A DNA stretch of 64,000 bases, from contig OX597823.1 in the NCBI GenBank assembly GCA_951406725.2, positions 63,240,001 through 63,304,000 of the forward strand, given 5' to 3'. This DNA comes from Octopus vulgaris (taxonomy: Eukaryota). The notes beneath the pieces were generated by a model. That model saw only the letters and a program-made list of their open reading frames with translations, did not search any database and had not been told where the DNA came from. The position numbers and the translations under genes were made by a program. Shown here one piece after another: positions 39,370 to 54,282 of this stretch. How positions within the stretch are numbered: the first letter of the stretch is position 1; the number at the start of each line of letters is the position of its first letter.

Positions 39370-40230
39370 ATACAAAACCACCCGGGGGTCGGTGTTTCTT
39401 CTACTATTGATATATCTAATGTTTAGTGATATATAAGACGTGATTTGAGGCAGATTTGGCTGCTGCTTTAAGCAAATCGACAAACCACATAGTAGCTCCG
39501 TTGCTGGCTCATCCAGTAAAATGTGGGGTTAGTGTTGAAACCCATAACACAACTTTGCAGGCCGTAGAGCTTCATCTAATACAAAATGGGCTGAGAAAGC
39601 CTGGTTAAGCAATCCTCTTTCCCCCTCTATGTCTCTCGCCCCAAGCTGATAAATGAGCTCCAGCTGTTTAGTTCGAAGCCATTACAGTTGGAACTGATCT
39701 ATAATCAAAGGCATTCTAGTCGTGACCGTCTCGTCTTTCTTTGAGGACATCTTGGACTGCATTGTCTAATATTTTTCATCTTTTACTTGTTTCTGTCATT
39801 GAGCTGCGGCTGTCCTGGGGCACCGCCTTGGAGGATTCTGTCTAGCGAATCGACCCCCAGTACTTACGTTTTAAAGCCTGGTATTTATTTCATCAGTTTC
39901 ATTTGCCGAACTGATAAGTTATGGGTACGTAAATAAACCAATACCAATTGCCAAGCGGTGGTGGAGGACAGACACGAAGACACTGAAAGACCCTCTTAGA
40001 TATATACGATGGGCTTCTTTCAGTTACCGTTTACCAAATCCACCGAGAAGGCTTTGGTCGACCCGGGGATATAGTAGAAGACACTTGACCATGGTAGCGT
40101 GAAGTGGGATTGAACCTGGAACCATATGGTTAGAAGCAAACTTCCTAACACACAACCACATCTTTGAACGTGAGAGTATGATTTGAAGATCCTGTGGCTG
40201 CTACATCTAGCAACTGGTGCAACCATGTAG

Positions 40231-40307
<77 letters not shown>

Positions 40308-40601
40308 CTCGATGGAGTTGAAGTGAGTACTTCATGCTATCAAAACCTATTTGTTAATTATATACAAAGCTGCGAATCCACGAACTTGTATTCACTGCCA
40401 ACTACTAATAAAGCATTCGACATTTTGCTTTCTGGCCAGGACCATTAAAAGTTAAATTGTCTTTACCCCGGACAAAAACGGGGGCAAGAATAAATAAAAA
40501 AAAAGCCAAAAATTGGTATAATGATAACAATAATAAATATCGATATATCATCTGGTTGACTGGTACATTATTGATCTGGCTCGGTGAAGTAAGGTTTCTG
40601 G

Positions 40602-40701
<100 letters not shown>

Positions 40702-41176
40702 GGACAAAAGCAGCAAACGAAATAACCTTGATTACTAAATCATCTTTTAACTAACTATCGAAAATACTTGGCTCATCACCAAGGTTTTGTTTTTGTAAAT
40801 TCATTTTCTTTTCCTTTTTTTTGTGTCTATCACTCTTTGGTGAAAATAACAAAGTTCATTCGTTTTGACCAAGTTATCTTTACTGAACTTCTGAAATATC
40901 ACTTATTTAATCACTTGAGCGATAACAGCATCATCAGTACCCTGTTTTTAGCGGATTAATCATGTTGGCGCGAGTGACAAAGGGATTATTTATGTAATAC
41001 AATAGATGGTATAAATAGCACAAGGGATTTCGTTACATATATAAACGTGTGTGTGTGTGTGTGTCACTGCACCGAGGAAAACTATGGGATGTTACACACT
41101 TTTGGTCACGAGTTTCCTCGCATTGTTTTAGCTTTTGAATGATGTCACACTGCTGGTTAAGCAGGAAGTAGCAAAA

Positions 41177-41212
41177 AGTACAACGTTTCGGACATATTCT
41201 TCGTCAGATATT
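41177..41212 (-). ncRNA. Degenerate minimal hammerhead
   Basis: UAU-CUGACGA-A-GAA(uaug)UCC-GAAA-CG-UU-GUA; one mismatch in stem II. Confidence 0.45.
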
Positions 41213-43796
41213 AGAGGAACCACTGGGAGAAACGGTAAAGAGAAGAGGGAGAGGAAATAAAATAAAAAAAAAAAGAGGGCTAAGTAAAAAATGCACGTTG
41301 GTTAGGTTCACATGTTGGAAGCCATTGTCTTTACTAGTAATTTTGCAATAAAGTTTGTCTATTCTAGATAACTTTAAATGATGGTCTGCTGACAGCAAGT
41401 GGTACATTGTGGCTCAGTGTCAGGTTACTTTTACATTTTTGCACACTAATAACAATTCCTTACTGGTACTATTTTATTGACTCCGAACCGCTAAGTTATG
41501 GGAACATGAACACACCTGCACCGCTTGTCAAGTGATGGTGGTGGTGGACAAACATGGAGACAAAGATACACAAAGACACACACACACACACACACACAAC
41601 GGGCTTCTTGCATTTTCAGTCTACCAAATCCACTCACAAGGCTTTGGTCTGCCCGAGACTATAGTACAAGACACTTGCCCATGATGCCACACATTGGGAC
41701 TGAATTTGGAACCATGTGGTTGGGAAGCAAGCTTCTTACCACACAGCCACACCTGGACCTATAAGACAAACAAGATAAAAAAAAATACTGACAAGATAAA
41801 AACAAAAAGAAAAAAGATCACTCCCTACGGCCTTGAACAAGGAAGAAATGTGATGGCCATTGCCAGAATGCCTTTGATTATTGGTCTGTTCGATGAGAGT
41901 TAACCTGAGGTGAAACAACAGAAAGAAGAATTGTTGTGGATTTTCTTATCTTGTCACTTCACCATTTAATCTTGAAATTGCTGTTTTTCCAAGCTGAAAT
42001 AGAACTTTGTGGACAGAAACATGACCATCATAATAGTATTAGGGCGTCCCCCACCGTTTAAATCAACGAATTGATGGGACTCTATTTACACAAAAACAAT
42101 ATACACAGATTAGCACTAAACCCACTAGGCTCATCGGTTCCCTGTCCATGCCTTACGACGGCTCTGGTCGAAAATATTTCTTGTAATTAGTAATCTTATT
42201 TTTTTTTATATTAAGTGACAAGGCACCAAGATTTGTATTAATAGTTGTAGAATATTTCCAGGAAATCGGAACACGAATTCTATCACACTAGACACTTACG
42301 ATAATCCACAGCATTTCGATGTACATCATTTAGTCACTTCATTAGACGAGGCAGGAAATATTTGGGCTCGCACCTAATCATTCGTTCAACTATCAATGAG
42401 CTAGCTATGGATCTGTTTGATCGAGGGTGACCATGGGCTATAACGAGACAACAAATTATATTGTATGTGTTCGCTCAACTTACTCGAATTATATTCTACA
42501 GCCTTTAAACAAAGAACACATTAAGTATTGTAGTCCGAGTTAATCTCTTTGAATAAAAGACAGAACGGTCGCGACTGGAATGTCTTTCCCCATAGGTTTC
42601 CTCGACCAGAGATGACCTGTGGGCATATAGCATCTAAAACAATATGTAATTAGAAGGTAGAATACAGCACCAACTTTCCAGACACTGATGGTTCGGAACT
42701 TTTTATAATCCGGACTAACTTACGAGTAGGAACTTCAAATTGCCACAGCCGCTAGACTACTTTATTGGTACCTTGTACAGTACTGTACTAATAAAGTTGT
42801 ATCATTTATACTAATGTACCTGGATTCCATTTAAAGTTTTTAAGCCAATTCAATATTAGTTTAATTAAGTGAGTTGAGTAAGGGGACAAACTCTGGTTCG
42901 GAAAAATCAGTAATCGAGAAAGGCTTTGGAACCGAGGGTTCCGGAATTTCGATATTATTCTTATACGGAATTTCGATATTATTCTTATACAAAAAGTACG
43001 AAAAAACATTCAGCTTTTCGTTTGCAAGTGTCATTTCGACCGCTTGTAACTGCTGAACAATGATGGTGCACTTGTCGACCATTTGCTACGTTACGCTTTG
43101 GGCAAGTGTTCTTTACAATGTCTTCCAGTTGCCCAATACCTTGAGAATAGAATTTGGTAGACACGGAAAATCTACGACATAACACACCGTCCAGTTCGAA
43201 TATCCAAAGCCTTTACGATAAAAACCTATGGTACTGATAAAAATCTCAAAGACTTTTTCTTCGTGATGAGCCTGATTCAGGTTATTTGAACTTGAGGCCG
43301 GAATATAGATGAGTCCACAAATAATGTATTCGCCAGAAGAAACATGAGTTTGTATATCATTTCTGAATACGATGAATCAATTTACTGATTGACTTTGAAC
43401 GAAAGCTAGCTTTTGTAACTTTGCAGATACCAGATAGAATAGAATAAATAACCAGAGAAACAAATGATTAACGTTCGATATCTGTTTTGTAGTTGATTGT
43501 AGTACCAGGGGATTAATTTCATTAGATAGTAGTGTGAACAAGAATCGTTCACTGGAAAAAATACTTGTAAAAAAAACAAAAAACAGACAAGACTGGTTAG
43601 AGTCAGATCACCCCTGAGGAAAAGACAAAAAAAAATCATTTTATACCTTACGTCATTAAGTCCCCAGACTGACAACTAATTCACATGAATTAGTTCAATC
43701 GCGTTAAAGAGTGACTTGTTTGTATGAAAGAATATGGAGGTAATACCAAGGTGAATAAACACTCACGCACACATGTATGTGTGTTTGTGTGTGTGC

Positions 43797-44072
<276 letters not shown>

Positions 44073-44375
44073 GAGAGAGAGAAACGGAACATGGGGTTTA
44101 CAAGAATGTTTAACACAACGATCGTTTCGACTCATCCTGCATCTGTCCCTTGCAGGTAGAATACTGTACAGCTGGTTGTGTTGCATCAACCAGTGCAGAA
44201 TGCATCTCATCGAGTGTCTGAGGTAGATCCAGTAACACTTATAGCGAAACTGTGGATGACATCAGGTAGCCTGAACGCTGAAAGTGCTTTAATTGGCATA
44301 CTACTAACCATAAAACCAAGGCTCAAATAATTAGTCATACACACACACGCACATATATATATATATATATATATA

Positions 44376-44772
44376 CTCTTTTACTAGTTTCAGTCATTTG
44401 ACTGCGGCCATGCTGGAGCACCGCCTTTAATCGAGCAACTCGACCCCGGGACTTATTCTTTTGTAAGCCCAGTACTTATTCTATCGGTCTCTTTCGCCGA
44501 ACCGCTAAGTAACGGGGACATAAACACACCAGCATTGGTTGTCAAGCAATGCTAGGGGGACAAACACAGACACACAAACACACACACGCGTATATATATA
44601 TACATACATACATACGACGGGCTTCTTTCAGTTTCCGTCTACCAAATCCACTCACAAGGCTTTGGTCGGCCCGAGGCTATAGTAGAAGACACCTGCCCAA
44701 GGTGCCACGCAGTGGGACTGAACCCGGAACCATGTGGTTGGTAAACAAGCTACTTACCACACAGCCACTCCT
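44376..44772 (-). mobile_element. SINE A, young full-length copy
   Basis: CpG-intact reverse complement of family A. Other - copies at 14785-15085, 39780-40160, 41460-41755, 48698-49190, 52555-52885, 53995-54420. Confidence 0.85.
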
Positions 44773-44782
44773 ATATTATATT

Positions 44783-44820
<38 letters not shown>

Positions 44821-44983
44821 TAAATATATGCGTGTGTGTGTGTATAATAAAAATAAACAACAAGGATATCCAGAGGTAATGCAGCATTATCACCCCAATT
44901 TGAATTATATGGATAACACCATACCAAATTCTGGTGCCTTTAACTTAAGTACCATATCCAACCGAATCTAAATTTTTACTGAA

Positions 44984-45022
<39 letters not shown>

Positions 45023-45077
45023 GACTACTGTACTCAACAAGTTTTTTCGTTCTCTCGCTATTTATTTCCTTTCATTC

Positions 45078-45113
45078 CTTTCTGTTGAAGAGCGTAGGCT
45101 CGAAACGTAAAAG
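45078..45113 (+). ncRNA. Minimal hammerhead variant (core CUGUUGA)
   Basis: CUUU-CUGUUGA-A-GAGC(guag)GCUC-GAAA-CG-UA-AAAG; same repeat family as 2414-2449. Confidence 0.6.
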
Positions 45114-45231
45114 ACTTTTCCATTTCCCCCGAACGTGAAACTAATGCATTTACTTGTTGATCCTACAACTGTCTTTGTCTTTGTTTCTCTATAAGTTTGA
45201 ACTACACACACACACACACATACACACACGC

Positions 45232-45273
<42 letters not shown>

Positions 45274-45297
45274 CTGTATCTTTATCTGTCTGTCTGT

Positions 45298-45366
<69 letters not shown>

Positions 45367-45572
45367 AATTTATAATTTTCGTTTTATTTCCCTTCATTCC
45401 TGCCATTTGTTATAAATTAACCCCTCTAAATATTGTGCTTCAGGACCGGATGAGCCATAGGCGAAACAAAATGTTTTGTCGAACTAACACTTATGAAATA
45501 TATACATGTATATGTGTGTGTATACATGTATGCTATTTCATACATGTATATATATGTGTGCGTGTATATTTA

Positions 45573-45627
<55 letters not shown>

Positions 45628-45953
45628 AATAAATATTGTATATGTGTGTGTTGGTGAAACCCAGAAGTCGGTGTGGGGACTTCTGTCGTGAGACATACAA
45701 ACTTCACTCTTGTCTAACTCGATAAATATCCTGAGGCCAAAACGTCAGACAGTTTCCTTATCATAACGGTATTTAAAAATGGCGGTGCTGGTTTGTGTGA
45801 TGTGTGAATGATGGTGGTAGTGGTGCTTGTGTTGTCGTTGTCGGTGGTGGTAGTGGTGTTAATAATATGATTGTTTGCTGGTGTTGATGATAGTGTTGTT
45901 GGTATAGATATCGCTTTGGTTTAGTTTTAGCCTCCTGTTGCAATTGGTGGCGG

Positions 45954-46005
<52 letters not shown>

Positions 46006-46248
46006 GTTATTATTATTATTATTATCATTATTATTATCATTATTATTGTTGTTGTTGTTGTTGTTGTTGTTGTTATTATTATTATATTAGTAGTAGTAGT
46101 AATGATCGTAGTAGTAGTGGTAGTAGTGGTAGTAATTGCAGTAATGGCTATGAATTGTTGGTAACAATAGAGGTAAGGGTGATGGTGGAAGTGGTGGTAT
46201 TATTGTGGTGGAGGCGGTAGTGATGGTATGTGGGGAGAAAAGGTTGCG

Positions 46249-46292
<44 letters not shown>

Positions 46293-46377
46293 TGTAAAGG
46301 CAGTAGCAATAGTAGTGGTGCTAGGTAGTGGCGGTGTTAGTAGTGGTCATACAACTGAATTATAAATGACCTAATAT

Positions 46378-46414
<37 letters not shown>

Positions 46415-46569
46415 ATGTATAAATATGTATATAATGCATATATATGTGCATTGTGTATGTGTGTGTGCATTGTTATGCAAATGTGCGTGAGCGCGCGTGT
46501 GTGTGAAACTGCTTTACTCGCTTCTCTATCGTCTCAATTTTCCATTGCTTGATCTTTTAATATTGACTG

Positions 46570-46637
<68 letters not shown>

Positions 46638-47497
46638 TCTCCCATAGAATCATATACACTCAAGTATGAATGCATGCATGTATATTTGAGTATGTGGTGT
46701 GCGCGTATGTGGCCATGCTTGTGTGTGGTGTGTGTTACGCGCGTGTGTGTATGCTTCCGTGTTTGCGTGTATATATATTGTATAGTTGTGTGCGTGTATG
46801 TATGTATGTATGTATGTATGTATGTATGTATGTATGTATGTATGTATGCGTGCATGTGTTGGCGTGTGTGTGTGTGTGTGTGTATGTTTGTGAGTGCAAA
46901 TATGAAATAGCGTCAGATAAGAGCGATCGATATATCCATTGATGCATGCATGTTAGAATGGACTAATGAAATGTTCCCCACGGCTAGTGAGAGAAAGATT
47001 GGGAAGTGAGGGAGTGGGAGGAGACAGGGAGACGGAGTGGGAGAGGAGAGACGGAGTAGGAGGCAGGGAGGGAGTGGAAGGGGGTGAAAGAGAGAGAGAG
47101 AGAGAGAGAGAGAAGAGAAAGAGAGAGAGATATATATACATACCTGCGTTATATGAAACCAGATGTTAATATTTATAACCGAAACAAGAGACAGTACTCA
47201 ATATACAAGCTTAGAATTCACATACATACATACATACATACATACATACATACATACATACATACATACATACATACATACATACATGCATACATACATA
47301 CATACATGCATGCATACATACATACATACATACATACAAACATACATACATACATACAAACATACATACATACATCCATACATGCATACATGCATACATA
47401 CATACATACATACATGCATACATGCATACATACATACATACATACATACAGACAGACAGACATACAAACAGCCAGACAGACAGACAGATAGATAGAT

Positions 47498-47574
<77 letters not shown>

Positions 47575-47663
47575 TAGATAGATGTGCATATGTGTACGTA
47601 TGTATATATGTATCAATACATATATAAAATGCATATACTATATATATACATATACATATACAT

Positions 47664-47702
<39 letters not shown>

Positions 47703-47807
47703 GGGAGAGTTTATGAAAAAAAAACAAATATATACATATATAGATATATATGTACACATACATATACATACATGCATCCAGACATACATACATACATACA
47801 TACATGC

Positions 47808-47840
<33 letters not shown>

Positions 47841-48364
47841 TGCATGTCTGTCTGTCGGTCTGTCTGTATGTATGTATGTATGTATGTATGTATGTATGTA
47901 TGTATGTATGTATGTATGTATGTACACACACACACACACACAAACAAACAGAAAGACAGGTAGACAGACAGCCAGACAAGTAAGTAGACTGACAGTCGAT
48001 TGAAGCTTTGTTGGAATTAACATTGTGGATGTCACCCGCATCATAAAGTAGCCGTCCGAAAATGTCATCAGTGTATGACCTATCTAAGAGTCACAATGTC
48101 GTGGCTAGAAGATTACATAGAGAAATTTGAAACGCGGAGGTATAATGTAAGAAGCCATAGTGACGTGGAGCGTATAAACCACGCGTAATATTAAAGAATA
48201 CTGATAGAATATTCCTGTCAAAACTTCAATGAAATGTATGCAGTAACAGATCAGAAACAATGATCAGTTACCCAGTAGCGGATGCCAACATAATATTGAT
48301 TTCAAGTTTTGGCACAAGACCAGCAATTCTAGTGGTGAGGATAAGTCGATTACATCGACTCCAG

Positions 48365-48696
48365 GGATCTTTTCGGTTTGAACGGCAGTTTTTAACATAA
48401 TTTCGAGGTAACTAAAAAATTTTAAACTTCGTATACTGGTAGAATGTGTTTATAAGACATCTTTTTCTCTTGGCTTTATTGAGAAAATTCTATAGTTTGT
48501 AAGATATTTGGTCTTTAATTTCTTGCATTTCGGCAATTTCAACCAATCAATGACCGTCTATTGAGGTGAAAACGTTCTGTGCCGTATGAATAAGTCCCTC
48601 GTTTAAGAAACAGATTGGGTTTATTTACATTTGCGAAGAAAAAAGATGCCCCTCCACCCCTAACCCTAACCCTAACCCTAAAACAGATTGAAATGC
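48365..48696 (+). mobile_element. Unclassified interspersed element carrying (CCCTAA)n, truncated by a SINE
   Basis: Abrupt start gggatcttttcggtttgaacggcag interrupting a SINE B tail; ccctaaccctaaccctaaccctaa at 48658-48681. Confidence 0.45.
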
Positions 48697-48796
48697 CCTT
48701 TGCCGAACCGCTAAGTTACGGCGACGTAAACACGCCACCATCTGCTGTCAAGCGATGGTGGAGGACAAACACAGACACACAAACACACACACATAC

Positions 48797-48837
<41 letters not shown>

Positions 48838-48937
48838 AAATGGGACAAGAACGCAAAACATCGAGATAGACAATACAAAAAGCATGGACGGGTCATTCGA
48901 AGCCTTTAATCTTCAGTCAAGAACCGGATCATCCTCT

Positions 48938-49029
<92 letters not shown>

Positions 49030-50901
49030 GACGGGCTTCTTTCAGTTTCCGTCTACCAAATCTACTCACAAGGCCTTGGTCGGCCCGAGGCTATAGTAGA
49101 AGACACTTGCCCAAGGTACCACGTAGTGGGACTGAACCCGGAACCGTGTGATTGGTAAGCAAGCTACTTACCACACAGCCACTCCTGTGCCTATTCATCA
49201 GTTTTTTTCAATGGCCGTTTCTTTGCGGTCGGCTTTTGGTGGATGAGGTAGAGTATTACCCCCGTTTGAGTTTCTTGCCATGATGTAGGCTCATCTGGGT
49301 TCTTGGACAGCAGAAGGGCACGGTATTTCTTGAAAACACCTACACCTACTGCAAGGAGATCCCTCGGGTTTTTTTGGCAAGATATTAAATAGCTGCGGGC
49401 CTTTAAATCACAAACTATTACGGCACTTTTCCATACTGTAAACGGGATGAGTGGGATCTGCATACGCATATACATACATGCACACATACATAAAAATACG
49501 TAATACATACATACATACATACATACATACATACATACGTACGTACGTACGTACGTACGTACGTATGTACATATGTACATACATAGAAAAAAGAAACTTG
49601 ATGCGGTTTCTCCAAATCCAATCTGTTAGAGGCATAGTGCCGATTTATAAGACATACCAAAATTTCTCCGTCTGAGATTCTTATGTGAATATACGCACAT
49701 ACTTGGGTGTATGCATTGACAGTCCAACCAACACACCAACTCAAACACGTATCTAGAAACACCGGGAACTCTCTTTATTCAAAATGTCTTGTCGCTTTGT
49801 TAGCAACCGACTGAAATTCTCCCTCAAGATCTTAAGTAAAACTCAAATAAAAATCATGCATACGTGTGTTTGTTTGTTTGTTTGTGTGTGTGTGTGTGTG
49901 TGTTTTTTTTTTGTTGAACGGTGGAACTTGAAGTAGATAGAGCTATAAATAATAGCTTGTAAATATCGAGTTAAAAACCTCACTAAAACCCTTTGAATAG
50001 AAAAAATGGAAGTTTACTTGTAAGAGTTCTCATCTATAAACATAGAAGAAAAAACCCACCGACTTTATCTGCCCAAAAGGGTTTTTTTCCACCCCAATAT
50101 TTACATGCTATTATTTATAGCTTTATTTGCTTCGAGATCAACCGTCCCTCCTAAAAAAGACACGCGTACATACACGCGCGCGTACATACACGCGCGCGTA
50201 CATCTTGATATCAATAAAAACAGAACAGCCAGCTTGCTGTGGGGAGTGGAAAGTCCAACGTTTCAGACAGAGTTTTCGTCAGAGTAAAGTTAACAGGAAA
50301 GGATTTAATGATTCAACAGTTTTACATCCTCTTACTTAGAAAAACTGACTGCAGCTGATAAGGAATGCAGGACTTCTGGAGCTTCATACGTGAACAAAAA
50401 AAAAACTGAGACATATAAATTCTAATATTTTTAGAGATTTAATGTTTTTGCAAGAAATTTCGCTAATTTAATTGCTTCCGGAAATTCGATATTTCGAATA
50501 TGTAAATTGCGATTATTTTCAGAATACCTCTTTATGATTCTAACGTTTGGAAGGAATTTCATTCACCACAGTTGAAATAATTTGCCTACGAACTACGACG
50601 TCGAGTGATTAGAGATAGACAGAGTAATAAAGAGTGTCATTTAGTCTGGATGAAAAAACTCGTACATTATACAACTTCGTAATCGAATATTAGTATTTAA
50701 ATATGCATACACGCATATTTATTGATGTAATAAATCAACGAACGAATAAATAAATAAATGAATGAATGAAATAATATGCTGAAAATAGATATCTTAATAA
50801 ATCAGTAATAATAGATTACAATAAAATGGAATCTGCAGTTTATGAGCGATACACTTGCAGATCTACCGCTAAACAAGTGGAGATTCAAAAGTAATACTCA
50901 A

Positions 50902-51273
50902 TCTCTCTCTATATAAACGGCAGTTTGTCTGTGTGTCTGTTAGGTTGTACCCTCACCCTGACCACGGCTTTCAACCGATTATGATGAAACTTGACACACA
51001 CATAGCCCAATGTCATAATTCAAAACTAACGCAGCGAAAATTTTGAAAAGTTCCCCCGGTTCTGAAAAAAAATCGATAAATTCGACATGGGGTCGAGAAT
51101 CAGAAACACAAACCACAGATTGTCTAGGGGACGCAACTCGACCTTTTTAACTCTCAAAAAAAATTTACCATAATTTTATTTCCGTTTTTTTGCTATTTTT
51201 GGCTATAACTCTCTAAAAATGCTTTATAGTTATTTCCCTTACAAACCCGAGCATTGCCGGGCGATACTGCTAG
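50902..51273 (+). mobile_element. Complete non-autonomous Helitron (about 372 bp)
   Basis: A|TC start at 50902; 3' hairpin cccgagcattgccggg followed by cgatactg-CTAG|T; A-T target with no TSD. Confidence 0.85.
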
Positions 51274-51407
51274 TAGGTAATATTTATGTGTATATTTGTA
51301 CAAAATATTATATTCTCTTTCTGCCCCATCTCTCTCTGTCTCTGCGTCTGTTTCTGCCTGTCTGTTCTACCTCCTCCCTTCCTCCCCACTCTCTCTCTCT
51401 CTCCCTC

Positions 51408-52085
51408 TGTTGCGTGGACACCCCCAGACGATGAAGTAGACTAGCCCAATGCGTAGATATAGAGGGAGAAGTCTAGACATCGTGAGTAGGAACAGTTGTA
51501 GTGGATTTAGTAGAAATCGAACCACTAATGAAATATTACTAAAAAGTAAATAAGTATGTCAGTTTAACCAAAACCGGGTATCTTATAGTCGTGATTCATA
51601 TCGAGCCCTTCTGGGTATTAGCGCACGTCTACGATGAGTCAACGATTTAAAAAAAAATTACCATAATTTTTTTTTCCATTTTTAATGCATTTTTTTCTAT
51701 TTTTTAGCTATAACTCTCTAAAAATGCTTTATAGTTATTTCCCTTACAAACCCGAGCAACGCCGGGCGATACTGCTAGTACATGATAAAAACGGACAGTT
51801 TAAAAAGATTAATGGTACTGCATGTGATGAGGGGTGCATGCAGCCATTCATAACCCCATTGTTATATAATCATCTCAATCATATTTGTTCTATGTATTGT
51901 CCCCTCTGTGGTGTCCTGTCTGTCCTTGATAATCCCCCTCTATGTTTGGTCCCTTCTGGCTAATAAAGAAACCGAGTAGGAACAGTTGAGTAGCGGTGTG
52001 GGGTAGACTAGAGTAGAGTAGCAGTAGAGAGTCGAACAGAGGAGTAGAGGTCACCCGAACGTGCGACATAACACTCTCCCCCTTA
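51408..52085 (-). mobile_element. Possible degenerate LTR interrupted by a Helitron
   Basis: TGTTGCG...GTGCGACA imperfect termini; purine tract AAGGGGGGAGAG on the minus strand just outside the right end; no matching TSD. Confidence 0.3.
51530..51778 (+). mobile_element. Second non-autonomous Helitron 3' end, same family
   Basis: Last ~120 bp nearly identical to 51160-51273; ends cccgagcaacgccgggcgatactgCTAG|T. The 5' boundary is uncertain. Confidence 0.75.
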
Positions 52086-53195
52086 TAAAACTCATCAATG
52101 TTTAAATTTTTGATCTGCCATCATATTCATTCAGCTTACGAAATCGAGTGCACTCACAATAGCTTTTTAATGCGGTTGTACGTGTTTTAAAAACATAAAA
52201 AAACCCCCAAAAAACATGCGCCAATGTGTTTCTTAGTCCATACCCAGGATAAATGCTTAACAGCATTTCGTCCGTCTTTACGTTCTGAGTCCAAATTTCG
52301 TCGAGGTTGACTTTGCCTTTCATCCTTTCCGGGTCGACAAAATTAAATATCATTTCATTAACGGGGACGATGTAATCGGCTTAGACTCTCCCATGACACC
52401 AACATTATTGACATTTACCATTTAAACAAGCAACCATTACGATTCCTACAATTACTCATAATGTTTATTATAAGTTGTTCTTTTGGGTTGATTGTTATTC
52501 ATATTTTGTTTATTGTTGGATTTCGATTTTCGAATTTTAATCTTTTTTTATCATTTTACTTAAGTCATTTGAGTGCGGCCATGCTAGGGCATCGCCTTGA
52601 AGTATTTTAGTCGAACGAATCGACTCTAGGATTTTTTAAAGCCTAGTACTTATTCTATCGGTCCTTTTTGCTGACCCGTTAAGTTACACACGAACACCAG
52701 TTGTCAAACGACGATGGTGGACAAACACAGACATAACCCCCCCCCCCATATATGTGTGTGTGTGCGACGGGTTTCTTTCAGTTTCCGTCTTCTTAATCCA
52801 CTCACAAAGCGCCAAGCGATGGGACTGAATCCAGAACCATATGGTTGGAAAGTAAGTTTCTTACCATACACCCACGCCTGCGCCTACACACACACATACA
52901 TACATACATACATACATACATACATACATACATACATACATACATACATACATACATACATACACACTTGCAAACTGATTACTGAGCGTTATACTAATAC
53001 ATCTGTTTGTTTTGTACACCACCTGTCTTCGTCTTTTGTTGTGTTTTTTTCGTGAACTTTCCTATATATGTATATATATTAGAGGAAAAAGGACAACAAA
53101 AACGAAGAGAGGCCGTGTATCTCAAGTCATTTAGAATATATAATTAGAGCAAGGTGAATCTGAAGTAATTAATTAATTAGTTAATTAATTAATCG

Positions 53196-53273
53196 ATGCT
53201 TACAGCTGTTTCTGGAGTATCCCACGTGATAGGTTAGCACCTCCATACAGTGGGTATTCCGTCATCAGAGACA
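53196..53273 (-). ncRNA. Penelope-type hammerhead with long stem II and palindromic stem III
   Basis: CUGAUGA-cGGAauaCCCAC...GUGGGauacUCCa-GAAAC-AGCU-GUA-AG; ACAGCUGU palindrome; stem I partly mismatched. Confidence 0.6.
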
Positions 53274-53306
53274 AAGTGGGTATTAATGAAAGTTCTAGAC
53301 AGGGAA

Positions 53307-53461
<155 letters not shown>

Positions 53462-54232
53462 GTATGTATGTACATATGTATGTAATATATATACTTCCTT
53501 TTTGTATTTCGTTTGCAAGATTTTTTAAATGTGAATTTGTGTGCTGGAGCAAATCTTGTGTCTATAATATATATAAGTACACATATGTGTGTTTGTCTGT
53601 GTGTCCATGTATGTACGAATGTAAATGAAAAAGTAGAAAATATCAATAGTTCATACCCTCATAGCAGTATAATCTCAAACAGCAATAGGTTCGTACTGTA
53701 GGATCACATTCATAATCTGATCTATGGTAGCCAGTCTATGAAACATCACTTTAGGTACCTACAGCTGGATTTTAACACGAGCTCGTTTATCGGTCACGAA
53801 AAGTCAAAATCCAACATTTAACAAAATATGAATAATGATCAATCCCAATAGAATTTCTAATAACAAGCTTGAAATGAGGGATTGAACGAATCGCAGTTTG
53901 CTTGTCTAAAATGGTAAATGTCAACAATATTGTATATAAATGTAGGGTAATTACACGGTCACGCACTAAGAAGTACATTGGCTCATCATTTGTCTTTTAC
54001 ATGTTTCAATCATTAGATTGTGACCATGCTGGGGCACCGCTTTGAAGAATTTTTAGTCAAATGAATCGACCCCAACACCCTCTTTTTCTTTTCTTTTTTT
54101 TCTAAGCCTGGTACTTATTCTTTCGGAGTCTTTTGCTGAAGTGATAAGTTACGGGGATGCAAACACAGCAACACTGGTTGTCAAGCGGGGGCGAGTGACA
54201 AACACAGGCTCAAAGAAACACACACACACATT

Positions 54233-54282
<50 letters not shown>

